64,000 nucleotides of DNA from assembly GCF_963921235.1 (NCBI RefSeq), contig NC_086097.1, forward strand, positions 143,160,001-143,224,000, read 5' to 3'. The stretch comes from Mobula hypostoma. Taxonomy: Eukaryota. This document shows positions 39,290-50,880 of this stretch, piece by piece. The notes below the pieces were generated by a model that saw only the letters and a program-made list of their open reading frames with translations, ran no database searches and was not told the DNA's origin. Within the stretch, counting starts at the first letter, position 1, and each line of letters begins with the position of its first letter. A program made the translations under genes and the position numbers.

Positions 39290-41712
39290 TTCAAAATTCA
39301 AAATAAAATTTATTATCAGAGTACATACATGTCACCACATACAACGCTGAGATTCTTTTTCCTTGGGCACACTAAGCAAATCTACGGAACAGTAACTGTA
39401 AACATCAGGAGCTGTTATCTGTAAACAAACTGTGCAATGCAGATATAAATAAAGAGCAATAAATAACAAGCATGAAATAACAATACGAGTCCTTTAATAA
39501 GAGTAACTATCCCCTTTTGTTCAAGAGCCTGATGGTTGAGGGGTAGCAACTGTTCTTGAACCTGGTGGTGTGAGTCCTGATGCACCTGTACCTTTGAACT
39601 GATGGGAGCAGCAAGAAATGAGCATGGCCTGGGGGTGGTGAGGATCTAGATGATCAATGCTGTTTTTCTATGGCAATGTTTCATGTAGATGTGTCCAGTG
39701 GTTGGGAGGGCTTTGTCTGATGTAATGGGCTGAATCCACTACCTTTTATAGGATTTTCTGCTCAAAGGCATCAATGTTCCCATACCAGGCCATAAAGCAG
39801 CCAGTCAGCACACTTTCCTCCACACTTTGATAGGAGTTTGCCAAGGATATCAATTACATGCCGAACCTCCTTAGATTCCTGAGGAAGTAGAGGCATTATT
39901 GTGCTTCCTTCACAATTATACTTATGATGGATCCAGGGCAGGTCTCCTAAGATAGTGACACCCAGGAATTTAAAGTTCCTGATCCTCTCCACCTCTGATC
40001 CTCCGATGGGTACTGGCTCGAGGACCTCTGGGTTTCCTCTCCTGAAGTCCACAATCAGTTCCTCGATCTTATTGGCATCAAGTGAGAGGTTGTTGTTGTG
40101 ACACCGCTAAGTCAAGTTGTGAATCTCCTTCCTGTAGGCTGATTTGTCACCTCTTTTGATCCAGCCTACAACAGTGGTATCATCAGCAAACTTCTATATA
40201 GTGTTAGAGTTGTACTTAGTCACACGGTCATAAGTGTAAAGCCCGAACGTCATCATCAGATACTGAGACCAAAGCATTGGGAGACATTGGGATGCATGAT
40301 GGTTCCTCCCTGTCCTGGTGGCCAAAGCAAGCATAGAAGGTGTTGAGCTCAACTGGAAGCAAAGCTCTGTTGTACCCTATGTCACTCGATTTAACTTTGT
40401 AAGAGGTTATGGTATTCAAACCCTGCCACAGCTATCAAGCATCCCTTGTTGATTCCAGTCCAGTCCAGAATCTCCACTTAACCCGAAAGATGGCTTACAG
40501 GAAATCCTACCGATACCTCTTGTGGTATTCTTGATCTCCAGACTTGAATGCTTCCGATCTGGTTCTGTGAGCATTCCATATTTCATTGTTATTCCAGGAC
40601 TTCTGATTGGGGGGAAAACACTCCACAATTTTGTATGGACATCTTCATCCACAGCTGTTTTAATAAAGTCTGTAATGACCCTTATGGTCCTCGGATAAGT
40701 TCTTGAACACTGCCGAGTCCACTCGGAGGCAATCCTGTAATTGTTCCTCAGCCTCTTAGTTGTCGTAATCTCTGGAGCCTTGCTGTTTAGGCTCTGTCTA
40801 TTTGCAGGTAGCAGGAGTACAGCCAAATGACCCGACTTGCCAAAATACAGTCTTGAGAAGGAATGATAGGCATTCCTGCAGCAGTGGTCTAGTGTGTTGG
40901 GACCTCTGGTGCAATAGGTTGCATGCTGATGATAATTAGGCAGAGTTTTCTTCAAATAGGCCTGTTTAAAGTTATCGACTATAATTTGAAATATGTTGGG
41001 ATGAGCCATTTCTTGTTTACATACAGCATCGCGCAGTTTCATCAGTGCTTGCTTAAAATCGGCCACTGGTGGTATGTAAATTGCAGTCAGGATCAGGGAT
41101 AAGAGCTCCAGAGGCAAGTAGAATGGTCTACATTTAATTGTTGTTCTAAATCAGAGGAAGAAGAAGTTGACATAATGCCAATGTCTGTGCACCAACTAGA
41201 ATTAACTAAAAAGCATCCTCCGCCACCTTTTTCCTTACCAGAGTTTGAGGTTTGATCCATTCTGAAAATCAAAAAACCTGGTCGGATAGCTGGGTCTGGC
41301 ATGTTCGCTGTTAACCAAAGTCTCAATGCACCAAACAGTTGAGATCTGACTCTGATACGGCAGCCTTGCCCTGAGATTGTCAATCCAAGTGACTGTACAT
41401 TTGCCAACAAGAGGCTCAGCAGAGGAGGCCTCATCCCCCTGCACTTCAGCCTGATTCGACCCTCGCCCCTCCTGCCGTGTTTTTGGCCTTGGCGTTGACC
41501 CTTAAAGGTCCCATGCTTAACTGCTCCGCATTTAACCATCCAACGTGAGATCGGACGATCATTGATGTTATTTCATAGGCTATTGTTAAGAGGAAATTTG
41601 TATGCTGTAGATTGCAGCGGAAGTTGTTCGAAAGGAGTATATTTAAGAGGAAAACTGGTACTATTTTCTACAGCTCGTAGAGAGTTGCCAGTGTATGACG
41701 GCACCATCTTGG
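39290..41712 (-). mobile_element. Rex1/Babar LINE retaining both ends, with most of the RT deleted
   Basis: 5' end CAAGATGGTGCC; APE motifs (LLANVQSL, GGG.CFLVNSSWC, AIYIPP, TRGPNTLDHC); abrupt junction near 40245 to the post-RT region (FKFLGVTI); 3' tail at 39290. Confidence 0.85.
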
Positions 41713-42494
41713 GAAATGGTCCTGCTCTCTTCCTAATTACCCTCTTGCCCTTGAAATATGTGTATAATGCCTTGATTTTTTAAAAAAATCCTACTCTCCA
41801 GTAAATTTCATGACAATTTTAGCTCTCCTAATTCTCTTCTTTGGTTCCCTTTGGGCTCTTTTATAGTCCTCTAGCACCTTGATTCTAGCTTCCTGAACCT
41901 TGTGTATGCTTCCCCTTCCCTCTTGACTAAATTAACTGCCCTTCTCATCATCCAAGGTTCCTGTATCTTGCCAAACTTGACCTTCCCTCTTTCTGGAATG
42001 AATTGGTCTTAAACTCTGTGTAATTTGTCTTTAACCTCCACATGTCAGATATAGATTTGCTTGGAAACATCTTTTCCTAATTAATTCCCCCTAGCTCCCA
42101 TCTTATGCCCAAGTAATCGGCCCTGCCTTAATTTAACACTTCCTTGCAAGTTCCACTCTTATCCTTATTCATGGTTATCTTAAAGCTTCAGGAATTATGA
42201 TCACTGTTTCTCTAGTGTTGACCCACTAAAGGTCTGTCACCTGGCTTGTTCATTTCCCATTAAGAGGTCTAGTATACCCTCCCCTCTAGTTGGATTAACC
42301 ACTTACTGCTTCAAGAAACCTCTCGGACATGGCTAACAAATGCTATCCATTAAATCTTTTGCACTAAAGAGTTCTCAGTCCATGTTGGGAATGTTGAAAT
42401 CTCCTACTTTAATAACTTTGTTGGTTTTGCTCCTTTTCACAATCTGCCTGCGTATCTGCTCCTCAGTCTCTACGGCTATTTTGGGGTCTACAGT

Positions 42495-42957
42495 TGTTCG
42501 TCCATCGTTGACGTCGATGAGGACCTCGACACCATAATGATGGTGTCGAGACTAGCGCGTGATTTGGATTTAAGTGAGGGAGAGTTGCGCAGCGTCAGCC
42601 TCACTCTGTCTTCCCAATTCCCATCTGGATCCGGTGACAAGACAGAGTCTAGACGGCTGGAGATGGGACTAGGCACAGTGGATGACCAGGACGTCTTCTG
42701 TGTCTTGTCCTGCTCTACATGTTCCACGACGCTTGCAGAGACCGCCTTCTTGACCGTTGGACCTTCCATTGGTCTCGTCCACTCAATCCGCCGGAGTCTG
42801 GCTTCACATGCTGGGATAGACAACTCCCTATCTCACCGAGGGTTTGAGACCCGTCGGCTACCCTCACCTGGTTTAGCCGGCTTGTCAAAGCTGTTGCCCG
42901 GGGTGTGGCCGCTGTCGCATGCAAACAGCTACGGGGAGCCACAGGTGAGAGCTGAGA
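42495..42957 (-). mobile_element. Young ~460-bp non-autonomous retroelement (possibly Ingi/Vingi- or RTE-related) with a perfect 9-bp TSD
   Basis: GTCTACAGT at 42486-42494 and 42958-42966; CpG-rich relative to its flanks; 3' stem-loops; no credible ORF; superfamily assignment is inference. Confidence 0.85.
42861..42951 (-). ncRNA. HDV-like ribozyme fold (5' strand of P1 missing in this copy)
   Basis: P2 CUCACCUG/CAGGUGAG; P3 GGC/GCC; L3 starts UCCCCG; P1 3' strand ACACCCC; then GGGCAACA as in genomic HDV; P4 GCUU(UGAC)AAGC; J4/2 GGCUAA with the putative catalytic C at 42876. Confidence 0.65.
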
Positions 42958-43274
42958 GTCTACAGTATAAATCCATCAGACTGATGGCCCCTTTTCATAT
43001 TTTTGAGTTCTAACTATATAGACACAATTGACGAGCCCTCCATTTTGTTCCTCTGTGTGCAGCTGTAAATTGTCCCTGATGAATTGTGTACCCCTTCCCT
43101 CTCTTTTATCTCCTTCTCCTTCTGTTCTAAACATCGAAGTTTAAGTTAAACTGTCTCAATACTTCAAAGAGTTAGGAACTACAAAGGATTTGTATCGACA
43201 ATCATCTTTAATACTACAATGAAAATCAAGATTTTGAGGATGCGGCGCTGATTTTGTTCATTTATAGTTAATCA

Positions 43275-44500
43275 AAGGAACATGGTAGCATATACTCAGC
43301 TCTGACATGGATTCCAAGTAGATGTTTGTTTGTGTGCGACAGTGGCCACTCCCTGGCATGCTGTTGTTACAGGCATGCTAAATCATGTGAGGGCAGTCAT
43401 CAGGCTTTTACCCAGTGAGTTTAGGGTGTTACGTACCCCGTAACTGGGTTGCCAAACCAGCAGAAATGGATCACTCAGTTGGAGTCTGGATTACTAGAAC
43501 TAAAAGTTTTATTAAAGAAACAAGCAACACAGTACTCTAATCAAAAGGATAATGAATGCAACAGTTCAACAATGATAAACATACATGTACACAGAATTAA
43601 GATAACAGGATCAATCAAGCTCTGTCGTTGTCTACGGGTAAATGACCAGTTTCAAAGTGACGCAAAGTTCAGTTCAATTTAGTTCAGTTCAGTTCGCAGT
43701 AATCGCTGCCGTGGGAGATGGACAGTGTGGGGGAAGGAGAGAGAGAGCAAAACGAATGAATATTCAAGGCTTCCAGACACAGACCTTCGCAGTCAGCTTT
43801 CGGGCGAGTCCTTTGTGATGTCATCTGAGGTCACCGACCGTGACCCCCTCCGTTGCCAGATACGATCGTTTCTCTGCGGTGAACCTGGCACCCAGGCAGT
43901 GTTGGACACACACCAGGTTCCCGCCGATCGTGCCTTTCAAAACTTCCCACCAACTTGTGAGAGACGCACCGCTTCCAGGGTCTCGTTACCTCGGGTGTCG
44001 TGTGTGTCCTGCCTTAGCGAACCTGTCCCTTTTTATCCCCCTGCTGGGGTATCGCCTGTCCATCAATTCAAACAGTTCAGGGTTCAAAGGGGGAGCCGCT
44101 CTTGACAGTTCCCTCCTTCTGTTACTCTCTCTCCCCCGTCCCTTCATTACACATCTCCAAATGCTGCTCTATTGTTTTCCTTATCTCTCTCTCTCCTGAA
44201 GACAGGTGGCAGACCAACTGCTGATCCCACTGGTGCCAGCACAGGACAGCTGCATCTTAATCTATGTGTATTCTTGTCACAAGGGGCATGCCTGTCCGAG
44301 CATGCAAAGTCAGCTCTGGCGGGCTGGGTGGGTGAGATCCAATGGCCTGGGAGGCGGTTCTGCATACATAATGAGGCACAGAAGACCTCATGGTCAACCA
44401 CTGGAACCAAGGAAGAGCTCAGTTGTGAAGACATTTGTTCCACTGGACCCAGACTTCCAAGGTCGAAAGAGTAGAGGTTTCCTGTCAGCGGCAGATACAA
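43275..44500 (+). mobile_element. Older copy of the same non-autonomous family, split by a solo LTR
   Basis: 43295-43426 joined to 44286-44480 aligns by eye with the reverse complement of 42600-42957. Confidence 0.7.
43427..44281 (-). mobile_element. Solo LTR (Gypsy- or ERV-type), 855 bp
   Basis: TGTTAC...GTCACA termini; 4-bp TSD AGGG (43423-43426 / 44282-44285); on the minus strand a TATA-like GATAAAAG (~44030) precedes AATAAA (~43510). Confidence 0.88.
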
Positions 44501-45524
44501 CTGATAACTACCAATCCAACTATTAGGAACTAATAGTTTTATAGTACTGTAGTGTTATTTATAGTTTTGTAATTTGTTTGGTATTTCATTGTGTACTTGT
44601 GTTACTCAGTTAAATGGTAGTTTGCCTTTTTTTCACAATTTCCAAGCAATGTTGGCTAATTGGGCCCAAATGTTCTGGTCTTGATGTGTCCCAATTAGCT
44701 GGAATCCACTGTAGTGTTTTTCAAAAACACAAGATGTGGTTAAATATGAGGTGGAATTGTGGACCTGTACAGTCTTTGGAAAGATTAATGTATCGTTGTT
44801 GGGCAGAGGTAAGTGGCATCATTGGCTTGAAGCAAAGACAATCACAACAGGGTTTGTACTGTTACAACAGGATGCTTTCCTTTTTCCTTAATATTATTCT
44901 AGGGCTACTAAATTATGGTGTTTTCATTTTTGCTGTGTCTAATCAAGTTGCAATATCTGTATGTTTATTTCAGTACATAACTTCGCACCACACTTGAGAG
45001 TTACTAACTCTGGAAGTGCAACATTTTCTCTTCAGTGCTGCGCAGTCATGTCAGCCAACATCAAAATCTGAAGTATTGTTTTGCAGAAATCCACCGTTCG
45101 CTGACTGAGAGTACTACCAAATGAAGCAAGGCGAAAGTATGATAATTCAGTTAACAGCTTCTCCAGAAGCATGGGTGGAAAGGAAATTGTTATTGTGTTG
45201 CTGCTGCTTGTGATAAGATTGATTTTGGACTGAGGTTAAATGTAGAAGTTGTTATGCATCTTCGCTGTAGTGAATTCAGACCCATTCTCATCTGACATGT
45301 AGAGTTATTTTTTTAAAAAGTCCGAAGTATTTGCAATAGTATAGTTCAAGAGAATTGATTTGGAAATGTAGATTCTTAATTATAGATGTTTAAAAACTGT
45401 AGCAGAAAATGTAAAAATCATGTAAAAAAAAAACCAGTTTGGATCCATTACTGCCCTTGTGAAGCAGACATAGCAAGGAGACTGTTAAGTCCAAATCAAC
45501 ACGTATACACCCCCAGAAGACATA

Positions 45525-46055
45525 GGAACACACACAAAATGCTGGAGGAACTCAACAGGCCAGGCATCTACAAAAAAAGAGTAAACAGTTGATGTTTTGC
45601 ACTGAGACCCTTTATCGAGACTGGAGGGAAAAAAATGAGCCAGAACAAGGTGGGGGAGGGGAAGAAGCAACACAAGGTGATAGGTGAAACCAGAAGGGGT
45701 GAAGTAAAGAGCTGAGAAGTTGATTGGTGAAAGAGATAAGGGCCTGGAGAAGGGGGAATCTGATAATGCTCCCCCCTTCACCATTCCTCACTCTCATTTC
45801 CTTCTTTCACCTCATCTCCTTACCTGCTCTCCCCCGCCCCCCCCCCGGCCTCTGGTTTCACCTATCACCTTATGTTTCTTCCTCTGCTCCCACCACCTTC
45901 TTTAACTCTTCATCTTTCTTGATCCAGTCCTGATGAAGGGTCTCGGTCCAAAATGTTAACTGTGTTCTTTTCCACCGCCGGTCCTGCTGAGTTCCTCTAG
46001 CATTTTGTGTATGTTGCTTGGATTTCCAGCATCTGCAGATGTTCTTGTGTTTGTG
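45525..46055. mobile_element. Fold-back (inverted) pair of Penelope-like tails with decayed hammerheads
   Basis: Minus-oriented tail 45525-45765 followed by plus-oriented tail to ~46055, containing CAGTC CTGATGA AGGGTCTCGGTCC AAAAT GTT AACTG. Confidence 0.8.
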
Positions 46056-46964
46056 AGAGGACATAGAAGTTTAGTAACTGCAGTGCTTTAGTGTTGATTG
46101 CCATGGTTACTTTCCTATGAATTTTTTTGTTCTCTATATGTTGGTCCTGGGGAGATTCTCTGGGATCATGTATAGTCTGAAATTTTATCCTTTGCTCCAA
46201 GTGATAGCCATGGATCAGCTTTAAGAAGGTTATATTGAGAGATTTCCCAAAACATTGATCACTGAGTATGAGTTAAATTAAGAGCACTTTTAGGCTGCAG
46301 AATGTCACTAGAAAGTGGTGACACAGCACTTGGATGGGTCTTTCTTTCAAGAGCAGCATTCTTTAACCTTGAAGAAGTGGACACTTGCACTCCTTTGGGT
46401 GAATGTACTTGCACAATGCCATTAATTTGGTGTTTCAAAGTTTTGATCCAAAACTTCCTAACTAGGGTGATGGGTGACTTTGAGGGAAGCCTGTTGCTCA
46501 TTTCCTTAATGGCAAAGACACTTTAGAAGTTGCTTAGGCAAGTACAGCGGTACATTTTGTAGAAGGGCTAAACAAAAAATATGATAAAAATGCTGAAGAA
46601 AGTCGCAGAGCACATTGAGTTTGTACCCACTTACAAATGCTGCATTAATATCATTTTTTAAATTCTCCACACATTCCCATCAATTCCCTTGATGTACCTC
46701 TGGCCTACGTACAAGGGACAATTTCTTCTGGGCAGTTGATCTACCAACCCCTCTGTTTTGGGTTGTGGGAGGGAGTTGAGACGCATAGCAGAAACTCAGG
46801 TAGTCACATGGGGACTATACAATTTCCACACAGCTGCTGGTTGAATCTGGTTGGCTGGAGGCAGCCACACTACCAGCTTGCCTTTGTTCTATGGGTGGTA
46901 ATAGTGAAATAATAGCTTTGTATTCTTAAAAAAACTGGTTAAAGTTTAAGTAGGACCTCTGGTG

Positions 46965-47485
46965 ATTAGATTATGAGAACACTCAGTCCTCTTTTATTGT
47001 CATTTAGAAATGCATACATACATTAAGAAATGATGCAATGTTTCTCCGAGTGATATCACAGAAAACAGGGACAGACCAAAGACTAACACTGACAGAACCA
47101 CATAATTATAACATATTGTTACAGCAGTACAAGACAATACCATAACTTGATGAAGAACAGATCATAGGCACAGTTAAAAAAAGTCTCAAAGTCCGAGTCG
47201 ATCGACTCCTGAGTCCCCGATAGCAGGCGGCAAAAGGGAGAAACTCCCTGCTATAAACCTCCAGGCACCATCAACTTGCCGATACCTTGGAAGCAGCTGA
47301 CCCTGAGTCCATCCGTCCGAAAACTCCGAGCTTCCGAGCAGCCTCTCCAATACAGCCTCCCGAGCGCCTTCGGCCTCTCCCAGGCCGCTGAAACACGTAA
47401 GGCCGAGGATTTCGAGGCCTTCAGCTTCAGAAATTCCAGTTACCACACAGTAGCAGCGGTAGCAAAGCAGACATTTCAGAAGTTT
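46965..47485 (-). mobile_element. CpG-rich non-coding retroelement 3' fragment (Rex1-like tail type); similar type at ~20965-21300
   Basis: Microsatellite-like tail (GATTA)n followed by TTTATTGTCATT, as in the Rex1-type tails; family not resolved. Confidence 0.45.
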
Positions 47486-48074
47486 AAAAGGTTAAGATTA
47501 AAAATGCAAGTCTAGTTGTGGAGGACAAAGGCATGATAGAGATGGTAAATATTTTAACTGGTTTATGTGCTGTTGGGAACAATGGACCAGCACCAGAGGA
47601 ATACCTGATGGAGCTGTATATAGAACAGGTTATGGAAATGCTTGCAGTAGTTTTATAGTATGGAGGGCTATTGAGGACTTAAATAGGTTAATAGAATGGG
47701 TAGATGTGATAGGTTCTGCATATAGGAGGAAAATGAGAGCCTAGAAGATTTGTGTACAAGCCAGAGGAATCAAATACATAATGTCCACATAGATATTGTC
47801 ATAAAGGACTAGAGAATCTTGAACAGAAAGTTATGAACCTAGCGTGTGCATATATATAAATACTACATTTTGAATTCTGTGAAGCATTTTAAGGCTTCCC
47901 ATTAGTTTAAGAATACAATTTTTAATTCTTTGAGAAAGTAGTTTATATTTACCGAGGTTTTCTGGGATGGGGAATCTTTGGCTAAGAGAGGAGATGAGAT
48001 TATTGGAATCGTCAAAACTGAATAGATTTAAGAGATTTTTGATGCTGTTAAGAGCTCTCATTTTAAGTTGTGTA

Positions 48075-48330
48075 GCAGGTAGCATGATGCTAATAGTTAA
48101 ATTCCGGCACTGTTCTGTAAGGAGTCTCTGTATGTCCTCCCTGTGGAATGTGTGTTTTCCATGGGTACTCCTGTTTCCTCCCACTGACCAAAAATGTACT
48201 GGATAGGTTAATCGGTCATTGTAAATTGTTCTGTGATAGCTTAGGGTTTGTCAGGGTTGCTGGGGAAGCATGGCTTGAAGGGCCAGAAGGGCCTCCTCTG
48301 CACTGTATTACTAAAATAAAAATTAACAAA
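48075..48330 (+). mobile_element. V-SINE-type SINE; further copies at ~30660-30932 (-), ~46620-46885 (-), ~58440-58698 (-) and ~61090-61320 (+)
   Basis: V-core GGGTACTCCTGTTTCCTCCCAC and a shared GGTCATTGTAAATTG segment. Confidence 0.7.
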
Positions 48331-49706
48331 TGATGAATGATTGTGACTTGTGGTCAAACTGAAGCTGAAAACAACCTGGAATTTGCAGTGGATGGAATAT
48401 GTGAGGTTGTTGGGATAGTCATTGGACAAAGTTTTACTTTAGTGTTTTAACTGATGGCTCGTTGATCATTTTGTATAGGTTGTTAAATTAATTTGCACAA
48501 GTGATTTCTAGATGCAAAGGACTACAGTGTAACAGTCAATTTTTACCATGCACATGTTGGGATGGAATGCTTCTGATACTTGTAGTAAATATTGGGATGG
48601 TGGACAAGGAAATTTGTCCTTTTTTCGCATGTGATAAATGCCTGATGTAAAATTAGCAGTAATATTCCTTGTTTTATGAAATTTGCTCCATTGGAACTGA
48701 GGATTGAATTCTGATCACCACTCCCAATTTATAGTGTAGTGGATATAAATATAATTTATGGAGCTGCAAGCAATTCTGACGGCATAGGACAAACACTGCA
48801 GAACAGGAGCAGGGCCTTTGGACCACAATGTCTGTGATGAGCATGAAACCAAATTTTACTCATCCATTCTGCCTGTACATGATCCATATCCCTTCATTCC
48901 CTGAAAGCTCAAAGTCGTTTGAAGTACGAGGGATAAAGTGAAGTCGGCACTATAAAGTGAAGTCCAGGCATCTATCATTCTGTGTCAAAAAAAAAAATTG
49001 CCATGCATATCTCCTTTAAACTTTCCTCCTTTCATTTTGACGCATGATGAATGAAAGCCAAAGGACCAGAGATAGATTCAAAGTTAATTTGTGTTTTACT
49101 TCGGAATTCAAGCAAATTCTGCCCATTAAATCATTTTTTACATTAAGCAGTAAAGCAGCATACTGTGTGGCATTTGTAAACATGAGATTCTGCAGATGTT
49201 GGAAATCTGGAGCAATACACCAAAAATGCTAGAGGAACTCAGAAGATCAGGTAGCATCTCTGGAAATGAGCAAACAGTCAGTGTTTTGGGCTAAGACCCT
49301 TAATCAGGACTGGAAAAGAAGGGGAAGATGCTAGAATAAGGAGGTGGGGTAGAATTCTTCGGTCTATAGATAGCAATTTTGTGTTATTGATTTAATTCGC
49401 ACTTTGGGCTTAATATCTGCAACTCTTCTCGTTTCCACCTTTCACCATGTCATCTAATGAACTACTGTATCTGAATAGATGAAAGAGTTTGTATAACACA
49501 TGTAATGTAGAACAGTCACTGAACCAAAGGGAGAACTTGTAAGGATAGTCAGTAATACAGACTATTCTGAGGGTAAGTAATGAAGCCATACAGAGCATGG
49601 CATGTACAGGGCCGAATAAAAAGGCCTGGAACTTATGAAAGAACTGGGAGTCTGGAATTGAGTTTTTAAGGGATTGGTTTCAGTGTGCATTTTCTTCCTG
49701 TCTTGA

Positions 49707-50434
49707 GGCTAATTTATACTTGTGCGTCAAATCAATGCCGTAGGTACGGTGTAGTCACGTACCCTATGCTGTAGCCTGACGCGCACCTCCCCAAAAATGT
49801 AACTATGCGTCGCGGCGATGCAGGCCGCACAACTGTGATTGGCCTGCTTGGTAGCATTGCATTTCCTCCTACGCTGCAGTAGCTTTCCATTGGGTGACTA
49901 AAGGGCAGGGAAGGAACTCTGGCTGCAATGCTTTCCATAAAGCTTTATAGACCTCCGAAATTATGGAGGACCCTGTGCTTGATGCCAGTTTGTAGCTAGT
50001 TGCTACAGCCTGTTGACTTCCACCTGAAGCTAAAACTCGAATGGTGATTGCCAGTCTCTGAGTATACTGTGTGTACACTGATGCGAAATAAATGGTTGGA
50101 GATGATGAACCAAATTGTCAAATCTACCTGCCGACATCCGAAAATATTTGAAATGCATTTCTTCGTCCATGTCTCTCAGTGGCCGGACAAGTACAGAAAA
50201 TTCACCCTCCTTCAGTTTCAGTCGCCATTGTTTGAAGTTTGAGTTTCTTCGTGTTGAGTTTCAACGCGAAGAAACTCAACACAGTGGCATAGAAACCCCA
50301 ACACCAACTAGCGTTTTGGTGGTGAATTGCAGAGTGACGCAGACACACCTATGCACAAGTATAAATGCTCACAACGACGTAGCCCACTTACGTAGGCTAC
50401 AGTGTAAGCTAGTACGCACAAGTATAAATCAGCC
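49707..50434 (-). mobile_element. Internally deleted PIF/Harbinger DNA transposon
   Basis: 21-bp TIRs GGCT(A/G)ATTTATACTTGTGCGT; flanks TGA and TAA (TWA-type TSD); minus-strand transposase remnants [23 protein letters not shown] and [13 protein letters not shown]...A..Y....ST.S.IISEV.KALW. Confidence 0.9.
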
Positions 50435-50439
50435 TAACA

Positions 50440-50880
50440 GATGAACACACAGCAACAGAAAGGCTGTCAAGCACCCTAGTAGAAACAGCCTTGAAAGTGA
50501 GTCCATAGGTTGCGGGAACATTTCAGTAATAGGGTGTGAAGTTATTTCCTTTGGTTCAAGAGCCTGATGGTTGATGGATAATAATTGTTCCTGAACCTGA
50601 TGGTGTGAGTTCTACCACGTTCCTGATAGCAGCCATGAGAAGGAAACATGACCTGGGTGGTGGGATCCCTGATGATGGATGTTGCTTTCTTGTGACAGTG
50701 CTCTGCATAGATATGCTCAATGGTGGGGAGGGCTTTACCTGTGATGGACTGGGCCGTATTCACTACTTTTTGTAGGATTTCCATTCAAGAGTGTGGTGTT
50801 TCCATACCAAGCTGTGATGCACCCAATCGTTGTATTATCCAATACACATCTGCAGAAGTTTGTCAAAGCTTTAGATGCTA
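50440..50880 (-). mobile_element. Rex1/Babar-type LINE 3' fragment
   Basis: LQKVVNTAQSITGKALPTIEHIY...KKATSIIRDP (ORF 50542-50784). Confidence 0.85.

Larger units (their letters stand above)
36560..43135 (-). mobile_element. Long old CR1 LINE split by four later insertions
   Basis: CR1 3' end at ~36560-36720; body resumes at 37770-39285 (V..VYMNFSK.F..VP..KLIQK, ORF 38609-38794), 41715-42494 and 42967-43135 (APE region, VGDFN.PN.DW). Confidence 0.75.

Noticed and set aside
45924..45962. Additional active hammerheads (also ~1005, ~3190, ~49290, ~53690, ~56640, ~61015)
   Set aside because: The core boxes or the ACGU palindrome are mutated (for example GAAAC to AAAAT, CUGAUGA to CUGCUGA); counted as decayed copies.
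49869..50170. Domesticated HARBI1-like gene
   Set aside because: Frameshifted fragment lacking the DDE core and enclosed by TIRs; it is a deleted transposon.
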